This document shows, one piece after another, positions 19,594-29,610 of a stretch of 64,000 nucleotides of DNA; within the stretch, counting starts at the first letter, position 1; every line of letters begins with the position of its first letter. The stretch lies in contig JBLINB010000004.1 in assembly GCA_047638975.1 (NCBI GenBank), positions 1,161-65,160 on the forward strand, given 5' to 3'. The DNA comes from Myxococcota bacterium. GTDB taxonomy: Bacteria; Planctomycetota; UBA1135. A program made the translations under genes and the position numbers. Under the pieces are notes generated by a model. That model searched no databases. It saw nothing but the letters and a program-made list of their open reading frames with translations, and was not told the origin of the DNA.

Positions 19594-20614
19594 GGTTGTG
19601 TTCCTCGCTAGCGTCTTCGTTAACAGTTTCTTCGGTAACAGTCTCTTCATTCAACATCACATATTCGTAGATAAAAGAATACGGGGTTTTTATTTCAGCA
19701 GGATCTAAGCGTAATCCGCGACCCACGCGTACTTGGGCAGGAGCCTGATAACTGGCGCCATAAAACAATGACGCTTCACACTCGACCAGCCATTCGATAC
19801 TAATGTGCTGCACGATTACCGATTCTATTTGCGGATCAGCATAGCGTATTTTTGCGAGATCAAAATATTCAGTTACCTCTGCGACTTCAAGATTATTTTC
19901 TGCATCAATAATACGGTATATCACTTTAGCCTGGCCATCACTAACCTCGGTTGCAACAAACCTTAATTGCGTCTCACCACTGCCACTTGCCGAGAAAAGA
20001 CCCCAGCCATTTTCGTTGTCGTCATTGAGCATAAGCAACTCGCCCAACGGTTTAAGCATTGCGCCACCGCGGTCACCCCAGTCGTCACGCTGCACGAAAT
20101 CGCCTTTTCTAAAAGCAAGGATACCCATAGTCTCCAGATTTATTTCGACGCTTAAACCATCAAGGCCACCTAAGATGACGACACGTGGCAGTACTTTTGA
20201 ATCATCGTGATAATCTTTTAGACCTCCACGAATAATTTGCGGACGGTTTGTTACAGTCATTATCGCCGCTAAGGTGTCTGTTTTTTTCTCTGGCGGTGCA
20301 AACAATAAAACACTTGCTGCCACAGCCTCGATTTCTTCTTTGCTGAGTACCATTTCAAATGCTGGCATCGGAGTGCCACCAATGCCTTTGCTAATAGTAT
20401 TGAATAGCGCAGTTGGCGTGTTGCCAAACGAGAAACCACCGTCTATGAAACTACGCGCCGGTTTGTCGAACTTGACCAGGCCGTCGCCATCGCCTTTCGC
20501 ACCATGGCAGGTGGCGCAATTTTGTAGGTAAAGCGCTTTACCATCAGGAGGAGCTGTGGGTTGTTGGCTAGCTGCCGACAACAAGACAACACCAAATGCT
20601 GTTAGAAAAATCAT
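19586..20614 (-). CDS. Cytochrome c domain protein
   Basis: Signal peptide, then CATCHG (CxxCH) with downstream GGTPMPAF (Met ligand). The C-terminal ~220 aa are of unknown function. Confidence 0.6.
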   Translation of the reverse strand: MIFLTAFGVVLLSAASQQPTAPPDGKALYLQNCATCHGAKGDGDGLVKFDKPARSFIDGGFSFGNTPTALFNTISKGIGGTPMPAFEMVLSKEEIEAVAASVLLFAPPEKKTDTLAAIMTVTNRPQIIRGGLKDYHDDSKVLPRVVILGGLDGLSVEINLETMGILAFRKGDFVQRDDWGDRGGAMLKPLGELLMLNDDNENGWGLFSASGSGETQLRFVATEVSDGQAKVIYRIIDAENNLEVAEVTEYFDLAKIRYADPQIESVIVQHISIEWLVECEASLFYGASYQAPAQVRVGRGLRLDPAEIKTPYSFIYEYVMLNEETVTEETVNEDASEEHNHD

Positions 20615-20622
20615 GCACTAGT

Positions 20623-21684
20623 CTAGCAGATAGCTATGAGCTTGTCATGCTCCGCCTGCACCGCGCGCTTATATTCAGATGCCTCAGCCGAGCTTCCTGG
20701 AAAGAACATTGCTGCAAATCCGTTTCGAGCGATTTTCGCTAATTGCTGATGCGATAATTGAGCACTAACCGCGGCTAATTGATACTCCTTGCAAATAGTC
20801 GTATGTGAAACCAAACGATTATCGGTAGCTAATGTAAAGGGGATGTCTAGTTCGATGAACTTTACAAAAGGATGCTCCGATAAATCTTTTAAATGCGGCA
20901 TCGTTTGCATATTAGATGTTAAGCAAACCTCTAATAGAATATCTCGATCTCGTACTAGCATCACTAAATCTGAGTCTTGCAGCAAATGCGTTCCGTGTCC
21001 GATTCGCTGAGCATGGCAACTAGTAATGGCGTCGGCAATCGATGCCGCACCATCTGCTTCGCCGGCATGCACTGTGCGGGACAATCCAGCCTCAAGAGCT
21101 ATGGCGTAGGCGCGACTATGCGCTTGCGCAGGATTACCGAACTCGGCACCAGCAAGATCAAATGCGACTACCGGTAAATTAAGCTCATCGCGTGCTGCTA
21201 TCGCAGTATTCACAGCCTCTATAGATTTATTTGCAAACTGTTCTGGGAAACGCATTGCACAAACGATTAGTGCTCCACGGTATAGATCAACAGTCGCACT
21301 ATTCTTGTCATTAAATTCGGCTTCTGCTTGTTTAATGCCATCACTAGCAGCCATTAATATTTGCAAACTATTTAAGGCATCGTGCTCTAACAATTGCGGA
21401 GCAAAACGAATTTCTTGATAGTACACCCCTTCGCTGAAGGCATCTATGCATAATTCATAGGTGATGCGCGCAATCGATGCTTCATCGCGCATGACCGCGC
21501 AAGTGTATTTGAAACCGTTTAAATATTCTTCGAGCGATTTGTAAGTTTCTCGAAACACCCCTTCTGGCACCTCACACTCGAATTGATCGGCTAATTCGAG
21601 TAGAGTACTGTGACGCAGCGAGCCGTCAAGATGAACATGTAAATCCGTCTTGGGCAGCCTAGTGATGAATTCTTGAGTGTTCAT
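20623..21684 (-). CDS. add: Adenosine deaminase
   Basis: LPKTDLHVHLDGSL, HAGE and ATDN(R) metal/catalytic motifs of the adenosine/AMP deaminase family. Confidence 0.85.
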   Translation of the reverse strand: MNTQEFITRLPKTDLHVHLDGSLRHSTLLELADQFECEVPEGVFRETYKSLEEYLNGFKYTCAVMRDEASIARITYELCIDAFSEGVYYQEIRFAPQLLEHDALNSLQILMAASDGIKQAEAEFNDKNSATVDLYRGALIVCAMRFPEQFANKSIEAVNTAIAARDELNLPVVAFDLAGAEFGNPAQAHSRAYAIALEAGLSRTVHAGEADGAASIADAITSCHAQRIGHGTHLLQDSDLVMLVRDRDILLEVCLTSNMQTMPHLKDLSEHPFVKFIELDIPFTLATDNRLVSHTTICKEYQLAAVSAQLSHQQLAKIARNGFAAMFFPGSSAEASEYKRAVQAEHDKLIAIC

Positions 21685-22884
21685 TTACAAGACTAGCTCT
21701 AGCATGAACGAACAAATCAGTGCCGCAAAAGTACCGAGCACGTAACCACCGACTGCCAACAAAACTCCGACTGGCGCTAAGGCGGGATGGAATGCACTGG
21801 CAACAATCGGCGCGGATGCTGCACCGCCGATATTCGCTTTTGAGCCGACTGCCACAAAAAAGATTGGGGCCTTTAGCCAGCGACGCATTGCCAATAAGAC
21901 TACGGCATGTAATAGCATCCAGACTAGGCCGACTACCACAAAGCCAATGTTTTCTGGGCGCGCGATCTCAGAGAACTCTGCCTTGGCACCAATTGTTGTT
22001 ACAAGTAGGTAAAGAAATAACGATCCGACATGACTTGCGCCGGCGCCTTCTAACTTCTTCAATGGCGTAAAGGACATTGCCAGACCAAAGAGAGAAACCA
22101 AGATTACCACCCAAGTAAAGCCCTTGATGAAGTCGCCAATCGGCGGCAAGACCTCTGCTAAAGACGTCGCTACAACTGCGCCACCTATTCCGAGTGCACA
22201 GATTACGAGTAAAGAGCTAAGGTCGGTAGGTCGCTTAACTTTCTCGGCATAGGACGCCACTTTTTCTCGCAAAACATCGAGACTTTTACGGTCCGCGTTG
22301 ATGCTAGCGTCCATTGCTTTTTCGCGACCGGCAAACCATAGCAGGATTGCCATCCACAGATTAGCAACAGCTACGTCGACGACAACGATTACTGACATCA
22401 TAGAATCGGAAGCGCCAGAGTGTTCTTGCATGGCCAGCATGTTGGCACCACCACCGATCCATGAACCCGCCAGCGCTGACAATCCGCGCCATGCTTGATC
22501 GTGCAATTCGAGAGGGATTAGTGACGAACAAGCCCACAAAGCAATCGGGCCAGAAATAACGATTGCCGCAGTTGCTGTGAGAAACAGGATTACCGCATTG
22601 CGGCCGAGCCCAATAATTCCTTTAACATCAACCGAGAGCGTTAACAGCAACAGCGAAGCTGGTAATAGCCATTTTTTAACGAAGCCATACAACTCGCTGT
22701 CCAATGGAATTATCCCGGTATTCGACAGGATGGTAGGCACGAAATAGGCAAACACCAACAGTGGTGCATACCTAAATATTTTTTGTCCTGCGGCTTGTTG
22801 GTTTAGCCAAAACAATCCACCAAGAAATGTTAGTAATACGGCCAACACCGCCACCGGCTGACTAATTAAAGCTAAGTCGTCCAT
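21685..22884 (-). CDS. DUF819-like polytopic membrane protein (putative transporter)
   Basis: 399-aa ORF with about 12 hydrophobic segments. The family assignment is from memory only. It directly abuts add. Confidence 0.4.
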   Translation of the reverse strand: MDDLALISQPVAVLAVLLTFLGGLFWLNQQAAGQKIFRYAPLLVFAYFVPTILSNTGIIPLDSELYGFVKKWLLPASLLLLTLSVDVKGIIGLGRNAVILFLTATAAIVISGPIALWACSSLIPLELHDQAWRGLSALAGSWIGGGANMLAMQEHSGASDSMMSVIVVVDVAVANLWMAILLWFAGREKAMDASINADRKSLDVLREKVASYAEKVKRPTDLSSLLVICALGIGGAVVATSLAEVLPPIGDFIKGFTWVVILVSLFGLAMSFTPLKKLEGAGASHVGSLFLYLLVTTIGAKAEFSEIARPENIGFVVVGLVWMLLHAVVLLAMRRWLKAPIFFVAVGSKANIGGAASAPIVASAFHPALAPVGVLLAVGGYVLGTFAALICSFMLELVL

Positions 22885-23336
22885 TAGTTAGAAAAGCTGC
22901 CCGGTGCCGACGGCATACCTTCGATATCTGGCCCATTAGTGGGCGCTTGTATCTGCGAATGCACTAGCTGATGACATGGCCATTCAATTGGCGCGCCATC
23001 AAGTATCAAGCGAAAAGTGTAGCTACCGAACTCTTCGAATGGCATACCATTCAAACGAATCACAGCACGCGCCTTAGCGTTTCGATCTGCCAAAGCCACC
23101 TTAGGTAATTGCATGTTAATCGCCTTACCACTAGGTGCAGTAACTTGCAGGCCAATCTCGTAATCGCCGACGCCATCACTTAGGCCTATCGCGACCGACA
23201 GCATCGGAAGGCGTCCGGGTAGCTGTTGTGAAGCTAGAGTATCGAATAATCCGATTAAACAAAGCTTGCCTTGTTCGTCGCGAAAAGCGTGGTCGCAAAC
23301 GTGCAACCAATCTACTGTGGGTAATGGGTTTGTCAT
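22884..23336 (-). CDS. Hypothetical protein
   Basis: 150-aa ORF, co-directional, with a 1-nt overlap with the downstream gene. No recognisable motif. Confidence 0.3.
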   Translation of the reverse strand: MTNPLPTVDWLHVCDHAFRDEQGKLCLIGLFDTLASQQLPGRLPMLSVAIGLSDGVGDYEIGLQVTAPSGKAINMQLPKVALADRNAKARAVIRLNGMPFEEFGSYTFRLILDGAPIEWPCHQLVHSQIQAPTNGPDIEGMPSAPGSFSN

Positions 23337-23342
23337 TTTTTA

Positions 23343-24107
23343 TTATGAGTCGCGTCTAACGACTGTCGCTGCTGCTTGATCTGTTGGCAAGAGTAATACT
23401 TCAGCAATGTTTACATGTTGCGGCGTGGACGCCATCCATAAAACGGTCTCTGCCACGTCGACTGCCGATAAAGGAGTCATGCCGTTGTAGGTTGAATCTG
23501 CGCGTTGTTGATCGCCATGAAAACGCACATTACTAAATTCGGTATTTACTAAACCTGGGTCTACCGTTGAAACTTTAACCCGATGCTTGCATAAATCCAT
23601 GCGCATACCGGTAGTAATAGCATCGACGGCATGCTTACTCGCGCAGTAAACCGCGCCATTAGGATAGACTTCATGTCCGGCAATGGAGCCGACATTGATG
23701 ACGTGCCCACTTTGGCGCTTAACCATTAAAGGTGTAACCGCACGCGAAACATAAAGTAAACCTTTCACGTTCGTGTCAAGCATTTCATCCCAATCACTGA
23801 TGAGACCGTCGTTGAAGGCTACTAAGCCACGCGACAATCCGGCGTTATTAACCAGTACATCTATTTTCTTCCATGGCGTTGTTAATGCTGCAATGCTCGA
23901 CTCGACAGCCGACTGATCGCGCACGTCTAACTCAATTTTGACAACCTTGATCGCATGCTGCTCTTCGAGCAAGCGGCCAAGTTCGTCAATGCGCGACTTG
24001 CGACGTGCAGCTATGATCAAATCATAACCCGCAGCGGCAAAGGCATGCGCACAAGCCTGACCTATGCCTGATGAGGCGCCAGTGATTAATGCGATTTTAG
24101 ATGCCAT
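23343..24107 (-). CDS. Short-chain dehydrogenase/reductase (YdfG-like NADP-dependent)
   Basis: TGASSGIG cofactor motif, NNAG, and the catalytic YCASK. Confidence 0.9.
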   Translation of the reverse strand: MASKIALITGASSGIGQACAHAFAAAGYDLIIAARRKSRIDELGRLLEEQHAIKVVKIELDVRDQSAVESSIAALTTPWKKIDVLVNNAGLSRGLVAFNDGLISDWDEMLDTNVKGLLYVSRAVTPLMVKRQSGHVINVGSIAGHEVYPNGAVYCASKHAVDAITTGMRMDLCKHRVKVSTVDPGLVNTEFSNVRFHGDQQRADSTYNGMTPLSAVDVAETVLWMASTPQHVNIAEVLLLPTDQAAATVVRRDS

Positions 24108-24109
24108 AT

Positions 24110-25891
24110 TTATGCGTCACTATCACCAAAGGCGTAGTCGAGTGATTTTGATGAGCGCTTCTCTTCGAGTGCAGCGATGAATGCATCGACACTTAAAGTT
24201 TGTTGCTGCTTTACACCATGAATGCGCACATTAACCTGATCGTTGTCCACCTCGCGCTCGCCGATAACAAGCATGTAAGGTATTTTATTAACTTCAGAAT
24301 CGCGAATGCGCTTACGCAACGGGCCATCATGAGATAATTCAACATTAAAACCGCGCGCCATTAATTTAGCACGCAAGCCTTTGGCTGCCTCAAGCTGATC
24401 GTCGGTAATCGGTAACACTGCAACCGGAGTTGGGCATAACCAAACAGGGAACCACGCCGCAAAATGTTCGATCAAACCGCCAACAAAACGTTCTAGCGAA
24501 CCGAATATTGCACGGTGCACCATCACTGGGCGTTTCAATTCATTGTCAGCAGCGTTGTACTGAAGATCAAAACGCTCAGGCAAGTTAAAGTCAACTTGCA
24601 CTGTTGGACCCTGCCATTCACGGCCGAGTGCGTCTTTAATCTTGAAGTCGATTTTCGGGCCGTAAAAGACACCGCCACCAGGATCGTCTTCGAGCTTTAA
24701 TTCTTGCCGTTCGGCAGCAGCAACCAATGCTTCAATAGCATGCGCCCACACCTCGTCGGTACCCAAATACTTTTCTGGACGCGTTGCCAGATAAGCAGTG
24801 TATGAGTAACCAAATGTGCCGAGAATCGTATGCACCAATTTCAGCACGTCTACGATTTCGTCAGCCAGCTGTTCTGGCGTACAAAAAATATGTGCATCAT
24901 CTTGAGTAAAACCACGCACGCGCAACATGCCGTGCAAAGTGCCGCTTGGTTCGTAACGATAAACAGAGCCCAATTCGGCCATACGTACCGGCAAATCGCG
25001 ATAAGAGTGACGCTTTGAATTGAAAATAGTAACGTGACCAGGGCAATTCATTGGTTTAATACGATGCGGACGGCCATCGACATCCATCGGTGCCCAAATC
25101 ATGTCTGCATAGTTTTCAAGGTGACCGGATTGCATGAAAATCTTTTCACTTGCAATATGCGGAGTGTAAACCGGCCAGTACTCGCGCTGGTGGTGTAAAT
25201 CCCACCACCACTGCTCGAGTTGGCGGCGTACATAACCTAACTTTTGGTGCCAAAAGACTAAACCTGCACCGTAATCAGCATGCAAACTAAATAGATCTAG
25301 CTCGCGTCCTAATTTACGATGGTCGCGTTGCTGTACCTCTTCGAGATAGGCCTCGTATTTCTTAAGATCTTTTTTATGCCACCATGCAGTGCCGTAAACG
25401 CGGGTCAACATTTTATTGTCTGAATCACCTCGCCAATAAGCACCGGCTACTGACATCAACTTAAATGCGTCATAACGAATCTGCTTAGTGGACTCGACAT
25501 GTGGACCTTCGCATAAATCTGACCAACTACCGTGGTCGTAAAAAGAAATCTCTTCGCCATCTGGTATGTCGTCAAGCAATTCAACTTTATAGGGTTGATC
25601 ACTTGCCGCGATGCGCTTAGCAGCTTCTTCGCGCGTCATTGTTTGGCGCGTAAAATCTTCGCCAGCGCCTAAAATCTTACGCATCTCTGCTTCAATCAAG
25701 GGCAGATCGTCGTCAGTGAGTGCGCGCGGCAACTCGAAGTCATAATAAAAGCCATGCTCAATCGGCGGACCGATAGCGACTTTAGCTTCTGGGAATAACC
25801 TCAGCACAGCATCAGCCATAATGTGACTAACACTATGACGCAACGCATGCAGCGAGGTTGGGCCTGATTGTGGGTCGAAGGACAAACTCAT
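24110..25891 (-). CDS. thrS: Threonine--tRNA ligase (short form without N-terminal TGS domain)
   Basis: HSVSH editing/SAD motif near the N-terminus, class II motifs (FRYE-like YRYEPSG, GFTQDDAHIF), and a C-terminal anticodon-binding domain. At 593 aa it starts directly at the second N-terminal domain. Confidence 0.95.
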   Translation of the reverse strand: MSLSFDPQSGPTSLHALRHSVSHIMADAVLRLFPEAKVAIGPPIEHGFYYDFELPRALTDDDLPLIEAEMRKILGAGEDFTRQTMTREEAAKRIAASDQPYKVELLDDIPDGEEISFYDHGSWSDLCEGPHVESTKQIRYDAFKLMSVAGAYWRGDSDNKMLTRVYGTAWWHKKDLKKYEAYLEEVQQRDHRKLGRELDLFSLHADYGAGLVFWHQKLGYVRRQLEQWWWDLHHQREYWPVYTPHIASEKIFMQSGHLENYADMIWAPMDVDGRPHRIKPMNCPGHVTIFNSKRHSYRDLPVRMAELGSVYRYEPSGTLHGMLRVRGFTQDDAHIFCTPEQLADEIVDVLKLVHTILGTFGYSYTAYLATRPEKYLGTDEVWAHAIEALVAAAERQELKLEDDPGGGVFYGPKIDFKIKDALGREWQGPTVQVDFNLPERFDLQYNAADNELKRPVMVHRAIFGSLERFVGGLIEHFAAWFPVWLCPTPVAVLPITDDQLEAAKGLRAKLMARGFNVELSHDGPLRKRIRDSEVNKIPYMLVIGEREVDNDQVNVRIHGVKQQQTLSVDAFIAALEEKRSSKSLDYAFGDSDA

Positions 25892-25905
25892 GTTGGATTT
25901 TTCGT

Positions 25906-25926
25906 CACGCTCGTACCTGGAGCGTG
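25906..25926 (-). promoter_or_regulatory. thrS 5' leader hairpin with tRNA-Thr anticodon-loop-like loop
   Basis: Minus-strand RNA reads CACGCUC-CAGGUAC-GAGCGUG, a 7-bp stem with a 7-nt loop. GGU-A sits at the positions equivalent to 34-37. The hairpin ends 14 nt upstream of the thrS AUG. Confidence 0.35.
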
Positions 25927-26056
25927 CGAAAGGAAGATTTTAGCGTAATAACCTAGTGTTTTCATGACATATCGTGAAAAATGAAGTGTTTGCCAAACAA
26001 AGTCCCTCGAGCCGTGATAACCTTGACTCGTACCACCAGTTGAAACAAACCGCAAA

Positions 26057-28714
26057 ATGGCGATCCTCACCGCACTACTCCTGCTATTTACCGTAAATGC
26101 CAATGAAACGCTGCATGCTCCGCATGATTCTAGCTATGGCATAGCTAGTGCCCTATTAGCTAACGGCGATGTAGTAACAGCGATTGTAGGCTCTGAGCAG
26201 CAAGTTATGGTTACTCGCGATGGCGGTTACAGCTGGCACATCATCGCTGGCGAAGCATTACAGCTGGCTAATGCTACTTCTATTACTTATCACCCGGGTC
26301 TTGATTCAAGCAATGGCCTTGGTGCTTTCGTCATAGGAACCGACCAAGGCGTATGGACTTTTGAGCCCGACAACTATTTTGCCGTTAAAACGAGTTTTGG
26401 TTTGCACAGCGCTGACCGATCCATTCTATCGATAGATAGTCCAAGCCACGGCACGGATGGTCCAGCTGTTGCTGTAACAAAACTTGGCTCTGTTTATGCA
26501 CTAGACACAAATACTTTATCCTGGTCTCCAGTTTACCAAGTAACTACCTCCGTACACTTTGCCACAAAAATAGCGATCGCACCCCATGCAAGCCTTAACA
26601 ATAGCGTTAACGGTGATCAAGATATCTTCCTAGCTGCTTTTGGGCTATTGCATGTTAGTCACGATCTCGGCTTAAGCTGGTCGATTGCACCGGATTTCTC
26701 AAACCCGGCACTCGGTGTCTTCAACTGGAGCATAACTTCAATCGATGTGTCAGATGATTACGCAAATGACAACACCTTAATGCTTGGCCGCGGACGCCTG
26801 CATCCCAGTGGCCGCTGGGACGAAGGCGATATCTGGTGTTCAAATGACAATGCCACAACCTTTAGCCGTATTTACCAGCTAGACACAGCCGTATCAGCTC
26901 TGCTGTCAACGCCTCAAGATTCAAATGGGAAAAGGTATTGGCTGGCCGCCGGACGCCAATATCCTAATCATAACAATTATTTTGGTACAGGCATTTTGCG
27001 CTCCGAAGACGGCGGTTATAACTGGAGTGATCATTCTTCGGCACAAGACTTTCTTCTAGAGGACGGGCCGGGCAAGAAAAGCGGCGCAGAAGATATGTTC
27101 AACATTTCGCAGCTACAAGTCTCGGCCGACTTCTCACAGAATGACGAGCTAATGTACGCCCGTCAAGAAGGATTATTCATCAGCCGTAATAGTGGTAGTC
27201 ACTGGCAACAGCAAGCCACGCGTTTTGCCAATCGCCTCCGTGATGTCGAAGCGACTATAGACGCTAATGGCCACGACCTCGTCTTCGGTGCCGGATACGG
27301 AACTGGCACAGTAATGTATAATGCCACCTCGGATAACAGCGAAATTGTACCTTCTCGTTCACCGATGGTTTATCAGCGCCGCATTTCGATATCACCAAAT
27401 TTCGATTTAGACGGACGCCTACTCGTGGCAGGAAACGTGTATCTGTATGAATGGCAATCGGCTGATGTTGCCCCCAGCAACCCCACTCTGTCCACATACT
27501 GGTTTGAACCTCAAGTTAATAACGTTTTAGCCAATGGCAAAGATGCAGGCTATCCACGCGGTGTACAATATTCTCCAAACTTTGACCCTACTGGCACTAC
27601 TGCCACGGCTGACGAAACCTTTTTTTGGTTTTCAGCTCAAGGGCAAATGCGCCGTACTAGCGACAACGGGTTAACATCCGAGCGCTTATTTGAAGACACT
27701 CTAGGCGCGCCTACCGACCGAATGCAGTGCGTCGCAATTGCTCCGACCTACGACGCTAGTGGTAGCCGCACCGATGTCTACGCCGGAACCATCGGTGGCA
27801 TCGTCTACCGATTACTAGACACGCAATGGCTAGAGCTATTTGATTTCGATAACCAAATTATAAAACTAGTTGTCGATCCAAGTTATAGAAGGCCATCAAA
27901 TCCAACGCTATTTGCGCTATCCAATAAGGCACCTTACGTTTATAAAATCACTGATTCCTTAGTAGCGCCTTTGGCGCAACCCCTCAAATATAATCTCAGC
28001 GGTGTTTTGCCCACAGGGATTGCTTTGAACCCAAATTTCAAAGAAGAGCCCATAATCTATATCGCAACGAAAGCGTGTGGTGCTTTCCAGTTACACCTCT
28101 CGGAAACAAATCCACAATGGGTTCCATTCGGTAGCAACAGACCATTATCAGCTGTTGATGATATTTGCTTGTCAAAAAGTTTTGCTACAGATGGCAAGGC
28201 GTACTTGGCCACAACTAATGGCATGATGCAGTTAGATTCAAATAATCTCTGGCAAGACATCAACGGAATATTTCGACTAGATGATACCGACGAATCTATA
28301 AGTACTTACTCACCGAACAACCCCAATGTCATTGAGCCTAGCCATATATGGCCGTGGGCTAAAGCAGCTCGCTGGAATTTACCGCCTAGACTAGAAGGAA
28401 CTGGCGACGAAATCATAGTTGCTAATTATGACGACGACTACCTCACATGCCCCGTGCGCGGCACTTCGGTGAGCGTACTGACCTTCCAGGGGCCAGGACT
28501 TGGCGAAGTTTTACTAGAGCTTATTGACCCTGACACTACGGCAATAATAGCGTCTCAAAACTACGATCTATCAGAAAGTGCTGCTAATGCCTCTGAGTTA
28601 ATTGTCGGCTTGAGCATTCCAGACCCATCAAAGATTTATACCTTTAAGGTAACGGCACAGCTCGGTCAATCCGAGAGAATTGTTATCGACGGTATTGAAG
28701 TAACACTAAACTAA
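26057..28714 (+). CDS. Secreted BNR/Asp-box repeat protein (sialidase/Ycf48-like propeller fold)
   Basis: Signal peptide plus several SxDxGxSW-type Asp-boxes (TRDGGYSW, SHDLGLSW, SEDGGYNW, SRNSGSHW). Confidence 0.6.
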   Translation: MAILTALLLLFTVNANETLHAPHDSSYGIASALLANGDVVTAIVGSEQQVMVTRDGGYSWHIIAGEALQLANATSITYHPGLDSSNGLGAFVIGTDQGVWTFEPDNYFAVKTSFGLHSADRSILSIDSPSHGTDGPAVAVTKLGSVYALDTNTLSWSPVYQVTTSVHFATKIAIAPHASLNNSVNGDQDIFLAAFGLLHVSHDLGLSWSIAPDFSNPALGVFNWSITSIDVSDDYANDNTLMLGRGRLHPSGRWDEGDIWCSNDNATTFSRIYQLDTAVSALLSTPQDSNGKRYWLAAGRQYPNHNNYFGTGILRSEDGGYNWSDHSSAQDFLLEDGPGKKSGAEDMFNISQLQVSADFSQNDELMYARQEGLFISRNSGSHWQQQATRFANRLRDVEATIDANGHDLVFGAGYGTGTVMYNATSDNSEIVPSRSPMVYQRRISISPNFDLDGRLLVAGNVYLYEWQSADVAPSNPTLSTYWFEPQVNNVLANGKDAGYPRGVQYSPNFDPTGTTATADETFFWFSAQGQMRRTSDNGLTSERLFEDTLGAPTDRMQCVAIAPTYDASGSRTDVYAGTIGGIVYRLLDTQWLELFDFDNQIIKLVVDPSYRRPSNPTLFALSNKAPYVYKITDSLVAPLAQPLKYNLSGVLPTGIALNPNFKEEPIIYIATKACGAFQLHLSETNPQWVPFGSNRPLSAVDDICLSKSFATDGKAYLATTNGMMQLDSNNLWQDINGIFRLDDTDESISTYSPNNPNVIEPSHIWPWAKAARWNLPPRLEGTGDEIIVANYDDDYLTCPVRGTSVSVLTFQGPGLGEVLLELIDPDTTAIIASQNYDLSESAANASELIVGLSIPDPSKIYTFKVTAQLGQSERIVIDGIEVTLN

Positions 28715-28716
28715 AC

Positions 28717-29610
28717 TTAATTCCAAACGACTAGTTCACGCACTAAGTCTACTTTAGTTTCTGCCAAAACTTTGGCATGCATTTTCTCTAACAGCTCGAC
28801 TATATCGGCAGCTGTTGCGCCGCCAGTGTTGATAATAAAGTTCGCGTGTTTCGGCGACACTTCTGCACTGCCTACGCGTAATCCTTTTAAGCCACAACTG
28901 TCTAACAAACGTCCGGCGGAATCGCCTGGAGGGTTTTTAAATGCACAGCCGGCACTTGGCACCGTCACGGGTTGGCTAGCATTCTTTGCGCGCAACAACT
29001 GCTCTTGAGCATGCTTAATTGCCGGTTTAGAAGACTTCTCTAGGTTGAGTAAGGCTTCAAGAACAACCGCGCCCTTCAAGTTGCCGTCGCGATATTTTGG
29101 AGAAATACTCTCGCGAGTGTGCTCTTCTATTTTTAGATGATCGCCCACTCCTGGCACCCATAGCGTAACATTTTCGACTAAATCCCAGATACCCCAATCG
29201 GAGCTGCCGGCATTCATTGCCAGCGCGCCACCCAGTTGTCCGGGAACACCGATTAATTTCTCGAAGCCTGACAATTTCAATTCATATGCCGCACGGATTA
29301 ACGACGGCAACGTAGCTCCTGACCATATACGAAAACCATTACCATCTTGAAAAATACGTCGCATACTACCGGTGTGAATAACTGCACCATCAAAACCACT
29401 ATCACACGGCACTGAATTAGCGCCGGCTCCGATCATTCGCCATGCAATGCCATCTATTTCTAGTTGAGTAAGTAGCTCGGCTAAATGCTCTGGCTTTTGC
29501 GGCTCAAAAAACATGGATGCCATACCACCTACGCGCAGTGTAGTGTATTCACTCAAACACACATCACGGCGCAACGGGCCAAACTTAGAGTACTTTTCTG
29601 ATGTATCCAT
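28717..29610 (-). CDS. murB: UDP-N-acetylenolpyruvoylglucosamine reductase
   Basis: YTTLRVGG FAD-binding N-terminus, GAGANS, and SAGCAFKNP. Confidence 0.9.
   Translation of the reverse strand: MDTSEKYSKFGPLRRDVCLSEYTTLRVGGMASMFFEPQKPEHLAELLTQLEIDGIAWRMIGAGANSVPCDSGFDGAVIHTGSMRRIFQDGNGFRIWSGATLPSLIRAAYELKLSGFEKLIGVPGQLGGALAMNAGSSDWGIWDLVENVTLWVPGVGDHLKIEEHTRESISPKYRDGNLKGAVVLEALLNLEKSSKPAIKHAQEQLLRAKNASQPVTVPSAGCAFKNPPGDSAGRLLDSCGLKGLRVGSAEVSPKHANFIINTGGATAADIVELLEKMHAKVLAETKVDLVRELVVWN

Noticed and set aside
25888-26103. 71-aa ORF spanning the thrS/BNR-protein divergent intergenic region
   Set aside because: It overlaps both the thrS start and the start of the BNR gene, shows no coding-like features, and covers the region better explained by promoters and the thrS leader hairpin.
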